A stretch of 34,530 nucleotides of DNA from Arcobacteraceae bacterium (GTDB taxonomy: Bacteria > Campylobacterota > Campylobacteria > Campylobacterales > Arcobacteraceae): contig JBLWVX010000027.1 of NCBI GenBank assembly GCA_048268245.1, positions 1 to 34,530 of the forward strand, in the 5' to 3' direction. The notes below the pieces were generated by a model. It did no database searches, was not told where the DNA came from, and saw only the letters and a program-made list of their open reading frames with translations. Position numbers and translations under genes: made by a program. This document shows positions 1 to 9,835 of this stretch, in pieces. Every line of letters begins with the position of its first letter. Positions within the stretch are counted from its first letter, which is position 1.

Positions 1-86
1 TCAGTGAGATTATGGAAAAATATACTAAGTGATTAAAAAGTAACTGGTGGGTTTACACAGTTTAATTTACAGGGTCTAAAAGAAGA

Positions 87-2120
87 TTAGATGTCTTCTT
101 TTATTTTCTCTAAATCACTTATTTTTTCGTGGTACTCATTCTCTTTATTTCTTACAAATTTTATTCTATCTTCATTTATTTCTAAGTACTGTTCTTTTGA
201 GTATTTTATAATTTTATATAAATAGTTTCTTTTTGAAGTTAAAAAGTCTTCAATTTTTTCAAATCCAAAGTTTGCTTTTAATTTTGTAAGTATTTGATCT
301 TCTCTTGGATGTTGAATAGCAAATCTTGTAGGCTCTTTTTTATAAAGCTCTTCTGACTCTAATATTTGTTGTTCAAAGTGAGCAATTGTTGCTTGTGTAG
401 TTTGAATATATGAGTACGATAAGGCACCATTAAAGTATGCAAATTTCTTTCTTAAGGCAGAAATATTTTCTAAAATAGCTCTATGATATGATCTTAATAC
501 ATTTTCATATACTTTTGCGGCAAAATGTCTAGTATTTGAAAACTCCAAATCAGAAGCAATTTCTCTATGTTTTCTAATAAGTTCATATGGCTCTTGCCAT
601 TTAGCAACTTCATTTTTAATAATTCTATAAACATCTCTAAACGCTTCATCTGTATTTAGTTCAATATTCTTTAAAAGTTTGATAGATCTTTTAAACATCT
701 TATCAATTTTTTGATCATCATAGAAAAGGTTTTTGTAGATATTATCCGCATCAATCCAGTAAGTTTCGTACTCAATTTTTTCAATTTTCTCAGATTTTAA
801 GAAACCACTTTTTGATTCTTCAAATCTATAGGCTTTTTTTCTTTTAATATTTTTGTATGTTTCATGTGCCATTTTTTCCATAATTGATTCTAAAGAGTTG
901 TAAATTGTAAATAGCTCTTTTGAGTATTTCTTATGAATATTATCTAAAGCATCAACAACATCATTTTCACAATTTCTTAGTATATTACTTAATGCATCAT
1001 AAACACCAATAATAGTTTGATACTCTTTGATTAAAATATCACAAATACCTTTTAAATCTTTTTTGATTGCATACTCTTTTGACTCTTGTGCCTTAGGTCT
1101 TATTGTATGTTCTATAAAGTCTAAAACCTCTTGAATATTCGAATCATGTAAAAGCTTCATATTTGAAGTAATATCTTGATATTTTATCTCTTTTATTTGT
1201 TTTTGGAATTCATCATATTTTTGTCTAAAGAACTCTAGTGAAGTACAATCTAAGTTTTCATTTAACTCAGTTTTAAACTCTTTTAAAACCTTCTCAACGC
1301 TATTTTCTATAAGTACTGATTTATGTGCAGCTCTTGAATCTAATGCCATTTTTGCTGAAATTGGAGTAACTTGAGCAAAGTATTTTGCAAACTTTTCTTT
1401 TACATAGTTTGTAGTAGTATCTATTTGTTCTTGAGAGAATTTATCTTTTTGATTTAATACACATAAAGTTTTATCTTTAAAGTGAGTCATATATTCATCT
1501 AAAATATCAGCTTCAGATTTTTTACCTGCATTGTCAATTAATGTAAGCCAAATAATACCACCAACATCTCTTAATACTTTTCTTGTTGTATCTGTATCAC
1601 TTTGAGATTGAGAGTTAAGTCCTGGTGTATCTACAAAAGAGATTTCTTTTAATATATCCATTGGAGCATAAAGTGTAAGATACTTAATATCTTGCATTTC
1701 ATCTTGTCTTTGGTCTGTAAAATCAGCAATAGCTTCAATTGGAGCATATTCATGTGCTCCTGAATAATAAGTGATTTTTAGTTTATACTCTTCACCATAG
1801 TTGATGAAATTTACTTTTGAAGTAACAGGTGTAATACCTGTTGGTAAAATATTTCTAGAAAGTAAAGCATTTAAAAAAGTTGATTTACCAGCTGAAAATT
1901 GACCAGTAATAGCAACTTCCATAGGATATCTAGCTCTTCTAATTTGTTTTTTTAGAATACCTTCTAATTGTCTTGATGGTAAAAACTTTTCATCAAGTAA
2001 TTTATCTTGAGTTTTTTTAATATCACCAACTAAACCACTTTCATAAACTACTTCTTTTTTTGTATAAGTATCTCTAAATTCATTAATAAAATTATCTAAT
2101 ATATTTATTGCTTTACTCAT
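87..2120 (-). CDS. Bacterial dynamin-like GTPase, second of pair (DLP2 / Cj0412-like)
   Basis: 677 aa ORF. G1 GQFSAGKS, G2 region PTGITPVT, G3 DTPG, G4 NQKD, then a long helical stalk. ATG overlaps the upstream stop (TAATG at 2118-2122). Confidence 0.88.
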   Translation of the reverse strand: MSKAINILDNFINEFRDTYTKKEVVYESGLVGDIKKTQDKLLDEKFLPSRQLEGILKKQIRRARYPMEVAITGQFSAGKSTFLNALLSRNILPTGITPVTSKVNFINYGEEYKLKITYYSGAHEYAPIEAIADFTDQRQDEMQDIKYLTLYAPMDILKEISFVDTPGLNSQSQSDTDTTRKVLRDVGGIIWLTLIDNAGKKSEADILDEYMTHFKDKTLCVLNQKDKFSQEQIDTTTNYVKEKFAKYFAQVTPISAKMALDSRAAHKSVLIENSVEKVLKEFKTELNENLDCTSLEFFRQKYDEFQKQIKEIKYQDITSNMKLLHDSNIQEVLDFIEHTIRPKAQESKEYAIKKDLKGICDILIKEYQTIIGVYDALSNILRNCENDVVDALDNIHKKYSKELFTIYNSLESIMEKMAHETYKNIKRKKAYRFEESKSGFLKSEKIEKIEYETYWIDADNIYKNLFYDDQKIDKMFKRSIKLLKNIELNTDEAFRDVYRIIKNEVAKWQEPYELIRKHREIASDLEFSNTRHFAAKVYENVLRSYHRAILENISALRKKFAYFNGALSYSYIQTTQATIAHFEQQILESEELYKKEPTRFAIQHPREDQILTKLKANFGFEKIEDFLTSKRNYLYKIIKYSKEQYLEINEDRIKFVRNKENEYHEKISDLEKIKEDI

Positions 2121-4468
2121 TAGTGTAGTCCTTTTATACTAGATAAGATATTATCTAGTTTTTTTATCTTTTTATGAATCTCAATTGATTGTTCAGCTCT
2201 ATTTTCATTGTTTTGTTCAAATGATTCAATTTGATTTTGTAGGATTTTTTCATCATTTTCAAGTTTTTGTTCAAAGGCTTTTAAAGGAGCATTTAGTGTT
2301 TCAAAAAATGACTCAATTAATAAAGTAGAAACTTTTTTTGCTTTAGATTTTATATCTTCTTCAATTGCTTTGAATTGTCCTTTTATAAAACCTTCTATTT
2401 GTCTATCTAGTTCATTTAGTTTTTTTTCTTTTGCTTTTGATACAGCTTGAGTTACTTGATTTACTAAAACCTCATTATTAGATGTTAAGAAACCAGTTTT
2501 AAAATCATCTTGGAAGAATCCTCTTGCATCAAAGTTATCATTTTTATGACCTATTGAGAAACCAAAATCATGATATTTTTGTTCACATTGTTCACCAATA
2601 CTTTGAGACTTTTTAATAAACTTATATCTATAGTCTCTAATTACATCAATAATACCATCTTTAATAGCTGTTTCTACTATTACTTTAATTCTTGAGTTTT
2701 CAGGTCTTTTTCTAAACTTTTCAAAAGAGTATCTTACATCTGATATAACTCTTTGTTTTATTACATTTTGTAAATCAATAAGTTCACTTTGTAAGAAAGT
2801 TTCAAGAGAATCAATATAGCTTTTTGCATCATTTTTATAAAAGTTTATATCTTCTTTCATTGCAGTAAAGATTCTTTCATTTACAGCTTTTTTCTTATTA
2901 AATTCTTCAAGTTCTTTATTTAGTTCTTCTTTAGATTTTGAAAGAAGTTTCATTTCATAGTTTAAAGCATTTGTTTGTTTTTCAATAGTTCTTGCTAGTT
3001 GAGTTTTTGAAGATTGTACAATTAGCTCACTTTTTTGAGAATTTGAACCAAAAAGTGTTTCTTTTAAATATTCTTCTATTTCTAAAATACCAGTATCTTC
3101 TATTTTAAATCCAGCATCTAAAGCTTCTTGTTCTCTCCCTGTTCTATGAAGTAATGCCATTTTCCCAGAAATAGGAATAAACTTAATAGTTTTTAGTATG
3201 TAGTCAAGCTGAGAGTCTTTGTTTTGAGCTTTAAGTTGTCTTTTAATAGATGATTTTGTATATTCAATAACCTCTTGTAGTTGTTCTTTTGTAACTGTAT
3301 CAGCTCTTGTGATTACAATTAAAAGTTTTGAGATATTTTGATAAAGTAGAGCATCTATAATAAATTCTACATCTTTTAATGTTGCACTTTGAGATACATT
3401 CATTAAGTGAAGCATCATATCACACTGTGAGATATACTCTTTTGTGATTTCTTCTCTTTGAATAACTGGGTCATCAAGTCCTGGAGTATCAACTATTTCA
3501 ATACCATCTGATAGGAATTCTAAATTTGAACCTAATTCAACATATTTTACAAGGTTACATTTTTTTCCACTAGCTTCTGCTGATGTATAACTTGATAAAT
3601 CATTGATATCAACTTCATCATATCTTGATTCATCTTTTATATAATCTTTTAAAGAATCACCAAATATTTTATTTGTTTCATTTACATAATCTTTCATAGA
3701 ATCTAATTCAGCAGCAGAACTTTCTATTCTAGACCATTCATTTTTATTCCAATAAAATACTTTTGCATTTTCAGTAGGGTTATGTTTTACAATAGTTAAG
3801 TTTGCAGTTTCAGGAACTACTGCACTTCCAAGAATTTCTCTTCCCATTAGTGCATTTAACATAGTAGATTTACCAGCATTCATTACACCTGTAATACCAA
3901 TAGAGAATTTTTGATTATTTAAGTAGTTTTGACATTCATCTAGTTCACTATTAATCTCATCATTTGAATTTTCATTTTTTAACTCATTAATAAACTCTTC
4001 AAGAGATGATTTTAATTCTATAAATGTAGATTTATATTCAAGTTCATCTTCATCACTATAACTTGAATCACTATTATCAATATCTAATTCTTGGTAGTCA
4101 AACAATGAACTAAGTTTAGTATAGTTTTCTTGGTTTAAGATGCCATTATTATTTAGATGTTCAAAAGAGTTATGAAGTACATCAATATATGATTTTTCTT
4201 TGTTTTCTTGAATGTTTTCAATAATATTATGTTGTAAGTGGTTTAACTCACTTATGTTTGTTGGTGTTTTTACATTTAATTTATTACATAGTTTTTCAAA
4301 AGACTTTAATGGAATAAATTTTTTGTACTCTTTTCTTGATGCACTTAAAACTAAGGCATAAATACTAAAAGTTTCTTCATCTATTAAAGTATCAATTGGT
4401 TCTACATCTAAATTTTGTTCAAATGTTATACCATGATAAAGTAAAAAGTAGTCATTTGCTAAGTTCAT
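2120..4468 (-). CDS. Bacterial dynamin-like GTPase, first of pair (DLP1 / Cj0411-like)
   Basis: 782 aa ORF. G1 GVMNAGKS, G3 DTPG, G4-like TRAD, coiled-coil C-terminus and an N-terminal extension of about 185 aa. Purine-rich RBS GGGAGAG upstream. Confidence 0.88.
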   Translation of the reverse strand: MNLANDYFLLYHGITFEQNLDVEPIDTLIDEETFSIYALVLSASRKEYKKFIPLKSFEKLCNKLNVKTPTNISELNHLQHNIIENIQENKEKSYIDVLHNSFEHLNNNGILNQENYTKLSSLFDYQELDIDNSDSSYSDEDELEYKSTFIELKSSLEEFINELKNENSNDEINSELDECQNYLNNQKFSIGITGVMNAGKSTMLNALMGREILGSAVVPETANLTIVKHNPTENAKVFYWNKNEWSRIESSAAELDSMKDYVNETNKIFGDSLKDYIKDESRYDEVDINDLSSYTSAEASGKKCNLVKYVELGSNLEFLSDGIEIVDTPGLDDPVIQREEITKEYISQCDMMLHLMNVSQSATLKDVEFIIDALLYQNISKLLIVITRADTVTKEQLQEVIEYTKSSIKRQLKAQNKDSQLDYILKTIKFIPISGKMALLHRTGREQEALDAGFKIEDTGILEIEEYLKETLFGSNSQKSELIVQSSKTQLARTIEKQTNALNYEMKLLSKSKEELNKELEEFNKKKAVNERIFTAMKEDINFYKNDAKSYIDSLETFLQSELIDLQNVIKQRVISDVRYSFEKFRKRPENSRIKVIVETAIKDGIIDVIRDYRYKFIKKSQSIGEQCEQKYHDFGFSIGHKNDNFDARGFFQDDFKTGFLTSNNEVLVNQVTQAVSKAKEKKLNELDRQIEGFIKGQFKAIEEDIKSKAKKVSTLLIESFFETLNAPLKAFEQKLENDEKILQNQIESFEQNNENRAEQSIEIHKKIKKLDNILSSIKGLH

Positions 4469-4488
4469 TATATCTCTCCCTAAAATAC

Positions 4489-4528
4489 AAAAAGTTAAAT
4501 ATCAAATGAAATTGATACTTAACTTTTT
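4489..4528 (-). other. 17-bp-arm inverted repeat just upstream of the dlp1 RBS (second terminator, attenuator or operator)
   Basis: AAAAAGTTAAATATCAA-atgaaa-TTGATACTTAACTTTTT. The one mismatch is a G-U pair in the minus-strand RNA, and the right arm ends in a U-run. Confidence 0.55.
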
Positions 4529-4547
4529 CTACTTATATAATGAATAA

Positions 4548-4573
4548 AACAAAAGAGGTAATCCTCTTTTGTT
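4548..4573 (-). terminator. Intrinsic terminator after frdB
   Basis: Perfect 11-bp inverted repeat AACAAAAGAGG-taat-CCTCTTTTGTT, starting 1 nt after the frdB stop. U-rich tail (UUUUGUUUUAUU) on the minus strand. Confidence 0.8.
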
Positions 4574-4574
4574 A

Positions 4575-5309
4575 TTATCTTAATGCTACTAGTTTTCTTC
4601 TTAAGTAAGCAATTTTATTTTGTAATGGTAAGTGTTTTGGACAATGGTCTTCACAAGCCATTAATGACATACAACCAAAGATACCATCATCATCACCGAT
4701 TAACTCATAGAAGTCTTCAGCAGTTCTCTTATCATGAGGGTCAACTTCAAATCTAGCAACTCTGTTTAATCCAACAGGTCCTACGAAATCTGGTCTCATA
4801 AGTTTTGTACCACAAGAAGCAACACAAATACCACATTCGATACATCTATCAAGTTCGAAAGTTTCATTTGCAACATCTGGCTCAATTCTTTCTTCCATTT
4901 TAGCAATATCAACTTCTTCACCATTATCAACAATCCAAGATTGAACTCTCTTAGACATTGCATCCATCCATTTACCAGTGTTTACAGATAAATCTTTGAT
5001 AAGTTCAAATGCAGGCATTGGCATTAATTGGATTTTTCCAGTTGGGTAATTAGCAATTAATGTTCTACAAGCAAGTGCAGGTTTACCATTTACTACCATA
5101 CCACAAGAACCACAAATACCAGCTCTACATACGAAGTCAAATGATAAATCTGGGTCATATTCTTCTCTGATTTTTGTTAATGCAATGAAAAGAGTCATAC
5201 CTGGAGTCTCTTCTAATTTATAGTCAACGAAGTGAGGTTTTGAAACCTTACTTCTTGGATTAAATTTAAGAACTGATATAGTTATTTCTCTACCTTTTTC
5301 AACGCTCAT
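4575..5309 (-). CDS. frdB: Quinol:fumarate reductase iron-sulfur subunit
   Basis: CRAGICGSC...C (2Fe-2S), [11 protein letters not shown] and [12 protein letters not shown] cluster motifs. Coupled to frdA. Confidence 0.96.
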   Translation of the reverse strand: MSVEKGREITISVLKFNPRSKVSKPHFVDYKLEETPGMTLFIALTKIREEYDPDLSFDFVCRAGICGSCGMVVNGKPALACRTLIANYPTGKIQLMPMPAFELIKDLSVNTGKWMDAMSKRVQSWIVDNGEEVDIAKMEERIEPDVANETFELDRCIECGICVASCGTKLMRPDFVGPVGLNRVARFEVDPHDKRTAEDFYELIGDDDGIFGCMSLMACEDHCPKHLPLQNKIAYLRRKLVALR

Positions 5310-7294
5310 TATTTGTCTCCTGCTCTTTCATTTTTCTCTTTATAGTTCATTGGTAAATCAAAAGGCATTAATGCATCTTGAATTTCATGTCTATCTTTAC
5401 CTTCAGCTTCAAGTTTCTCTGTAATAGCGTCAACTTCTTCTTGTCTCTTAGCTGATAGTTCATTTTCAATAATCATACCCTTAGCACCATAACCTCTAAA
5501 TGCTGGAGGCATTTCCATTTTCATAATATCTAATTCAGCGTATTCAATTGTTGGCTCTAATTCATCAGGATTTGGCCATGAACATAATGTTCTATTCATC
5601 CAGTTAGCATCATCTCTTTTTAGATAATCTTCTCTATAGTGTGCCCCTCTAGATTCAGTTCTGTCTCTAGCACCTTTAGCAACACATAGTGCTACTTTAA
5701 GCATTTTAGGAACTCTATAAGCTTCTTCTAACTCTGGGTTACCACATCTTTCTTTAGATTTAACAGTAATTTGTTTAGTTTTAGCTAATAATTCTTTTAA
5801 TTCTTCAACAGCAGCTTTTAAAGGCTCACCAGATCTAAAGATACCAACTTGGTCATCCATAATGTCTTGCATTCTTCTTTTAATTCTAAAGATGTCTTCA
5901 TTTCCATTGTAAGAAAGGATTTCATCTAAATAAGCATCTTGCTCATCAATGAACTTTTGAACTGTAGAAGTAGGAATAGTAACATCATTAGCTAAACAGT
6001 AATCAGCAAAGTAGTTACCAATAATCATACCAGCAACAACTGTTTCAGATACTGAGTTTCCACCAAGTCTGTTAAATCCGTGCATATCCCAACATGAAGC
6101 TTCACCACAAGCGAATAAACCATTTAATCTAGTTGCTTCACCAGTTGGTTTAGTTCTAATTCCACCCATTGAGTAGTGTTGCATTGGTCTTACTGGAGCC
6201 CAACCTTTTTTACCTTCGTCAGCTGGATCAATACCATTAAAGATTTGACAAATTTCTTGTACATCTCTTAAGTTTTTTTCAATATGCTCTCTACCAAGAA
6301 TAGAAATATCTAACCATACGTGCTCACCATATGGAGAAGGTACACCTTTACCATTTCTGATGTGCTCAATCATTCTTCTAGAAACAACGTCTCTTGAAGC
6401 AAGTTCTTTTTTCTCTGGCTCGTAATCAGGCATAAATCTGTGACCATCAACATCTCTTAAGATACCACCATCACCTCTACAACCTTCTGTTAATAAAATA
6501 CCAGATGGAACAATTGGAGTTGGGTGGAACTGTACAGCTTCCATGTTTGATAATGTTGCAATACCAGTTTCTAAAGCAATAGCAGCACCTGTACCTTCAC
6601 AGATAACAGCATTTGTTGTTTGTCTAAATACTCTTCCGTATCCACCAGTTGCAATACAAGTTCCCTTTGCAACGTAAGCTTCTAATTCACCAGTAATTAA
6701 ATCTCTAACAACAGCACCATAACATCTTCCATCTTCGTGGATTAATGATAATGCTTCTTTTCTATCTCTAATATCAACGTCATGTTTTAAAGCTTCATTT
6801 GCAACACCAAATAACATAGTATGTCCAGTTGCATCAGCTGTATAACATGTTCTCCATTTTTTAGTACCACCGAAGTCTCTTGAAGTAATTAGACCATGTC
6901 TATCTTCTTCTTCAGTAATAGTAGTTTTCTTCGCGTTGATAACTGCTTCTCTAGTACCAGCTTCAACTCTAGACCAAGGCACACCCCATGAAGCTAATTC
7001 TCTAATAGCTTTTGGTGCAGTATGTACGAACATTCTTGCAACTTCTTGGTCACATCCCCAGTCAGAACCTTTTACAGTATCAGCAAAGTGTAAATCTTCA
7101 TTGTCTCCATCAGACATTTTCGAGTTACCTAATGAAGCTTGCATACCACCTTGTGCAGCAGCAGAGTGTGATCTTTTAACTGGAACTAAAGATAAAACAA
7201 TAGCGTTTAATCCTTTCTTTTGTGCAGCAACAGCAGCTCTAAGACCAGCTAGACCACCACCAATTACTAACGCATCACAGTAATTAATTTTCAT
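5309..7294 (-). CDS. frdA: Quinol:fumarate reductase flavoprotein subunit
   Basis: GGGLAG Rossmann motif, [10 protein letters not shown] covalent-FAD His, [30 protein letters not shown]. Wolinella/Campylobacter-type FrdA. Confidence 0.97.
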   Translation of the reverse strand: MKINYCDALVIGGGLAGLRAAVAAQKKGLNAIVLSLVPVKRSHSAAAQGGMQASLGNSKMSDGDNEDLHFADTVKGSDWGCDQEVARMFVHTAPKAIRELASWGVPWSRVEAGTREAVINAKKTTITEEEDRHGLITSRDFGGTKKWRTCYTADATGHTMLFGVANEALKHDVDIRDRKEALSLIHEDGRCYGAVVRDLITGELEAYVAKGTCIATGGYGRVFRQTTNAVICEGTGAAIALETGIATLSNMEAVQFHPTPIVPSGILLTEGCRGDGGILRDVDGHRFMPDYEPEKKELASRDVVSRRMIEHIRNGKGVPSPYGEHVWLDISILGREHIEKNLRDVQEICQIFNGIDPADEGKKGWAPVRPMQHYSMGGIRTKPTGEATRLNGLFACGEASCWDMHGFNRLGGNSVSETVVAGMIIGNYFADYCLANDVTIPTSTVQKFIDEQDAYLDEILSYNGNEDIFRIKRRMQDIMDDQVGIFRSGEPLKAAVEELKELLAKTKQITVKSKERCGNPELEEAYRVPKMLKVALCVAKGARDRTESRGAHYREDYLKRDDANWMNRTLCSWPNPDELEPTIEYAELDIMKMEMPPAFRGYGAKGMIIENELSAKRQEEVDAITEKLEAEGKDRHEIQDALMPFDLPMNYKEKNERAGDK

Positions 7295-8094
7295 TACGCA
7301 ATTCCTCCAATAGTTTTATTTGGCATTTTGTATTCCATAACTTGTGCAGTTGGTTGATATTTGTTTCCAACATTATTGTTGTTAACTTGATCAATACCGA
7401 TTTTCATGTAAGCTGCAAGTGAAGCAAATCCTAATACTAAGAAGAATACAGTTAATCCCCATTTTACTTTTTTAAGTTTTACTCTGTTTTCTCTTGGGTT
7501 GTCTCCATCAAACCATCCCCATTTTACACATAGTCTGTAAAGACCAATTGTTCCGTGTAATTCAACAGCTAATAAAAGTAAAATATATAATGGCCACATC
7601 CACTCAGACCAAATTCTATCAGCAGAAGCGTAAGGTCCAATATCAGCAGAGTTAGTCATGATGATATATAAGTGTACAGAACCTAGGAAGAACATAGCAA
7701 AACCTGTTCCTGCTTGTGTAAACCATAATTTTGTATCATCGTGATTCATATGCTTAGCGTGAGCTTTCATAACTTGGTACTGTTTAAAGTTACCAGGTAA
7801 CTTTCTCATACCTAAACCTGCGTGTGCAATAAATACAACAAAAATTACAGCAGCTGCAATTGTTACTAATAATGGGTTTCCACCCTCAAAAATGAAACTA
7901 GCCTCTAAAAGCTTTGTTACTTTGTACATGAAGTCTTCTGAAATTAATATCGAAGATACTAATAACATGTGAGCCCACATGAATAGTGCTAAGAATAATC
8001 CTGTTGCACTTTGAAGATAATCAAGCTTCGCAGGTAATCTACTCTTTCTTCCCTCAACCGTTTTACCTAAATAACCTTCTATTAGGTCACTCAT
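7294..8094 (-). CDS. frdC: Fumarate reductase dihaem cytochrome b subunit
   Basis: Five hydrophobic segments and four haem His (WAHML, IAHAG, SVHLY, ELHGT). The Glu in AVELHG matches the E-pathway Glu of Wolinella FrdC. RBS AAGGA upstream. Confidence 0.95.
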   Translation of the reverse strand: MSDLIEGYLGKTVEGRKSRLPAKLDYLQSATGLFLALFMWAHMLLVSSILISEDFMYKVTKLLEASFIFEGGNPLLVTIAAAVIFVVFIAHAGLGMRKLPGNFKQYQVMKAHAKHMNHDDTKLWFTQAGTGFAMFFLGSVHLYIIMTNSADIGPYASADRIWSEWMWPLYILLLLAVELHGTIGLYRLCVKWGWFDGDNPRENRVKLKKVKWGLTVFFLVLGFASLAAYMKIGIDQVNNNNVGNKYQPTAQVMEYKMPNKTIGGIA

Positions 8095-8118
8095 TTCCTA
8101 TCCTTTCTTGTGATTTAG

Positions 8119-8146
8119 ATTATATGAATAATAGCAATATAATAGC
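8119..8146 (-). promoter_or_regulatory. Candidate sigma70 promoter of frdCAB with an overlapping tandem direct repeat
   Basis: Minus-strand TATAAT at 8124-8119, with an alternative extended -10 TGCTATTAT at 8136-8128. ATAATAGC repeated at 8128-8135 and 8139-8146. Confidence 0.5.
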
Positions 8147-8228
8147 TAAATGGCTCTTGTTTTTTGATTAGATACGATACAGCATATTTGAATGATATTT
8201 TTATGATAAAAGTTATAAAGTGGTCAGT

Positions 8229-8247
8229 GAGCCCATAATATGGGCTC
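8229..8247. other. GC-rich perfect inverted repeat between nuoN and frdC (possible nuo 3' hairpin or operator)
   Basis: GAGCCCATA-A-TATGGGCTC, with no U-tract directly after it on either strand. Confidence 0.55.
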
Positions 8248-8254
8248 TCGTGAG

Positions 8255-8272
8255 GTAAAAATTAATTTTTAC
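8255..8272. promoter_or_regulatory. Perfect 18-bp palindrome, candidate dimeric regulator site
   Basis: GTAAAAATTAATTTTTAC is its own reverse complement. Confidence 0.4.
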
Positions 8273-8314
8273 TTAGAAAAACAATTTAATTTGTCTTGTT
8301 ACTATATGATACAA

Positions 8315-9835
8315 CTATTTTATAAACAATGATTGCACTGCTGTTTGAGCTAGGGCAATGATTTGGTCAATGTTCATAGCAGGGATAAAGAATACAATCG
8401 CAGAACCAATACCACCTAAAATAGTCAAGATTGCAACAAATGCAATTGCATAAGTTGAAACCCTTTTATCGTTAAACTCTTTTGATACACATTCTTGTTT
8501 TGTTGGGTAAAAATACATCATAGCAATTAGTTTAAAATAGTAGTAAACTGAAACAATTGTTGCTATTACTGCAAGTATAGTAAGTCCAACATATCCTGCA
8601 TGAATTGCTTCAGTGAATACGTAAAATTTACCAATAAATCCTATAGTTGAAGGAATACCTGCAAGTGAAAATAAGAATATTGTCATCATAGCAGCTAAAA
8701 AAGGTCTCTCTTTTGCTAAACCTTTGAAGTCATCATATGTTACTCTTACATTTGTCTCTGAAATAATATGTGATGCTAAACCAAATGCACCAAGTGCAGA
8801 CAATAAATAAGCAATTAAGTAAAACATTGTTGCATATGCTGAATCAATATTTACTATTTCACTATCTTTATAGCTTAATGCTATAAATGCTAAAAGTAAA
8901 TACCCTGTATGAACTATAGATGAAGCAGCTAACATTCTTTTTATTATTTGTTGAGTTACAGCTAACCAAGTACCAAATACTAATGTAAATACAATAATAA
9001 CAGACATTATAGTATCCCAAAAATCAATAGTAAATCCAAGATGTTGTAAGAAGGCTCTTAGGAAAAAAGAGAATATAGCAATCTTAAATGTAGATGCCAT
9101 ATACGCAGTAATAACCATTGGTGCACCTCTATAAACATCAAGAACCCATGATTGAAATGGAAATGCAGCAATTTTGAAAAGAAAAGTAAACAGTATTAAT
9201 GTTAAACCTATATATACAAGTATCATATTTTCATCACTTGCACTTGCAATAAATGTAGCTATTTCGTTTAAGTTTGTACTTGCAGTTGCTCCGTATACTA
9301 AAACTAAACCTAATAAGTAAAATGCACCAATAAATGAACCTAAAACTAAATATTTAAATATTGCTTCAACTCTTTTTGAATCATCACTATTATAACCAAC
9401 CATAATATATACAGAAAATGAAGCAACCTCTAACGCAACATAAGCAGTAATAAGCTCGTTTGAGTGTCCTAATAACATCATTCCAAATAAAGCAAAAAGT
9501 AAAATACAGAAAAATTCACCTTTAAAGTATGATCTATGTTGGAAGTAATGTTCACCAATAAGAAGTGTTAAGAGTGTTCCTGCAATTAATAATATATTAA
9601 AAAAGTTTGAAAATGAATCAAAAACTAATGTGTTATGAAAAAGTTCATTGTATGGTTGTGCTTTATATAAAGTCCCTAAATCTGCTAAAGAAAAACCTAA
9701 AGCAACAATTAAAAATAAAGAAGCAACAACTATAAAGTTTTTAACTGAATATTTTTCATACATACTCATTATCATTAGTGTTAATGCACCAAGTAATACT
9801 GTTAATGCTGGAATTAAATAGATAAATTGACTCAT
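8315..9835 (-). CDS. nuoN: Complex I antiporter-like subunit N
   Basis: 506 aa polytopic membrane protein with [24 protein letters not shown] and [14 protein letters not shown]. Last gene of the nuo series. Confidence 0.95.
   Translation of the reverse strand: MSQFIYLIPALTVLLGALTLMIMSMYEKYSVKNFIVVASLFLIVALGFSLADLGTLYKAQPYNELFHNTLVFDSFSNFFNILLIAGTLLTLLIGEHYFQHRSYFKGEFFCILLFALFGMMLLGHSNELITAYVALEVASFSVYIMVGYNSDDSKRVEAIFKYLVLGSFIGAFYLLGLVLVYGATASTNLNEIATFIASASDENMILVYIGLTLILFTFLFKIAAFPFQSWVLDVYRGAPMVITAYMASTFKIAIFSFFLRAFLQHLGFTIDFWDTIMSVIIVFTLVFGTWLAVTQQIIKRMLAASSIVHTGYLLLAFIALSYKDSEIVNIDSAYATMFYLIAYLLSALGAFGLASHIISETNVRVTYDDFKGLAKERPFLAAMMTIFLFSLAGIPSTIGFIGKFYVFTEAIHAGYVGLTILAVIATIVSVYYYFKLIAMMYFYPTKQECVSKEFNDKRVSTYAIAFVAILTILGGIGSAIVFFIPAMNIDQIIALAQTAVQSLFIK

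Noticed and set aside
1..36. Possible 3' end of a convergent plus-strand gene (frame 1 ...SVRLWKNILSD* or frame 3 ...SEIMEKYTK*)
   Set aside because: Too short to pick a frame or assign a product.
42..62. Weak hairpin AACTG...CAGTT downstream of dlp2, with a short U-run on the minus strand
   Set aside because: The stem is short and bulged, so it cannot be supported as a terminator.
6936..7283. Antisense ORF (115 aa) inside frdA, and similar short ORFs at 15459, 17034, 18634, 19624, 22078, 22271, 23094, 24837, 25340, 26909, 30160 and 31726
   Set aside because: All lie opposite well-conserved genes and have no recognisable motif. They are expected shadow ORFs.
7986..8171. 61-aa plus-strand ORF overlapping the frdC start and promoter
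   Set aside because: It is antisense to frdC, with a GTG start, no convincing RBS and no motif.
8164..8211. FNR-like TTGAT half-site and TTTTAT-G-ATAAAA dyad upstream of frdC
   Set aside because: The second FNR half-site does not match ATCAA, and the short AT-only dyad is expected by chance.
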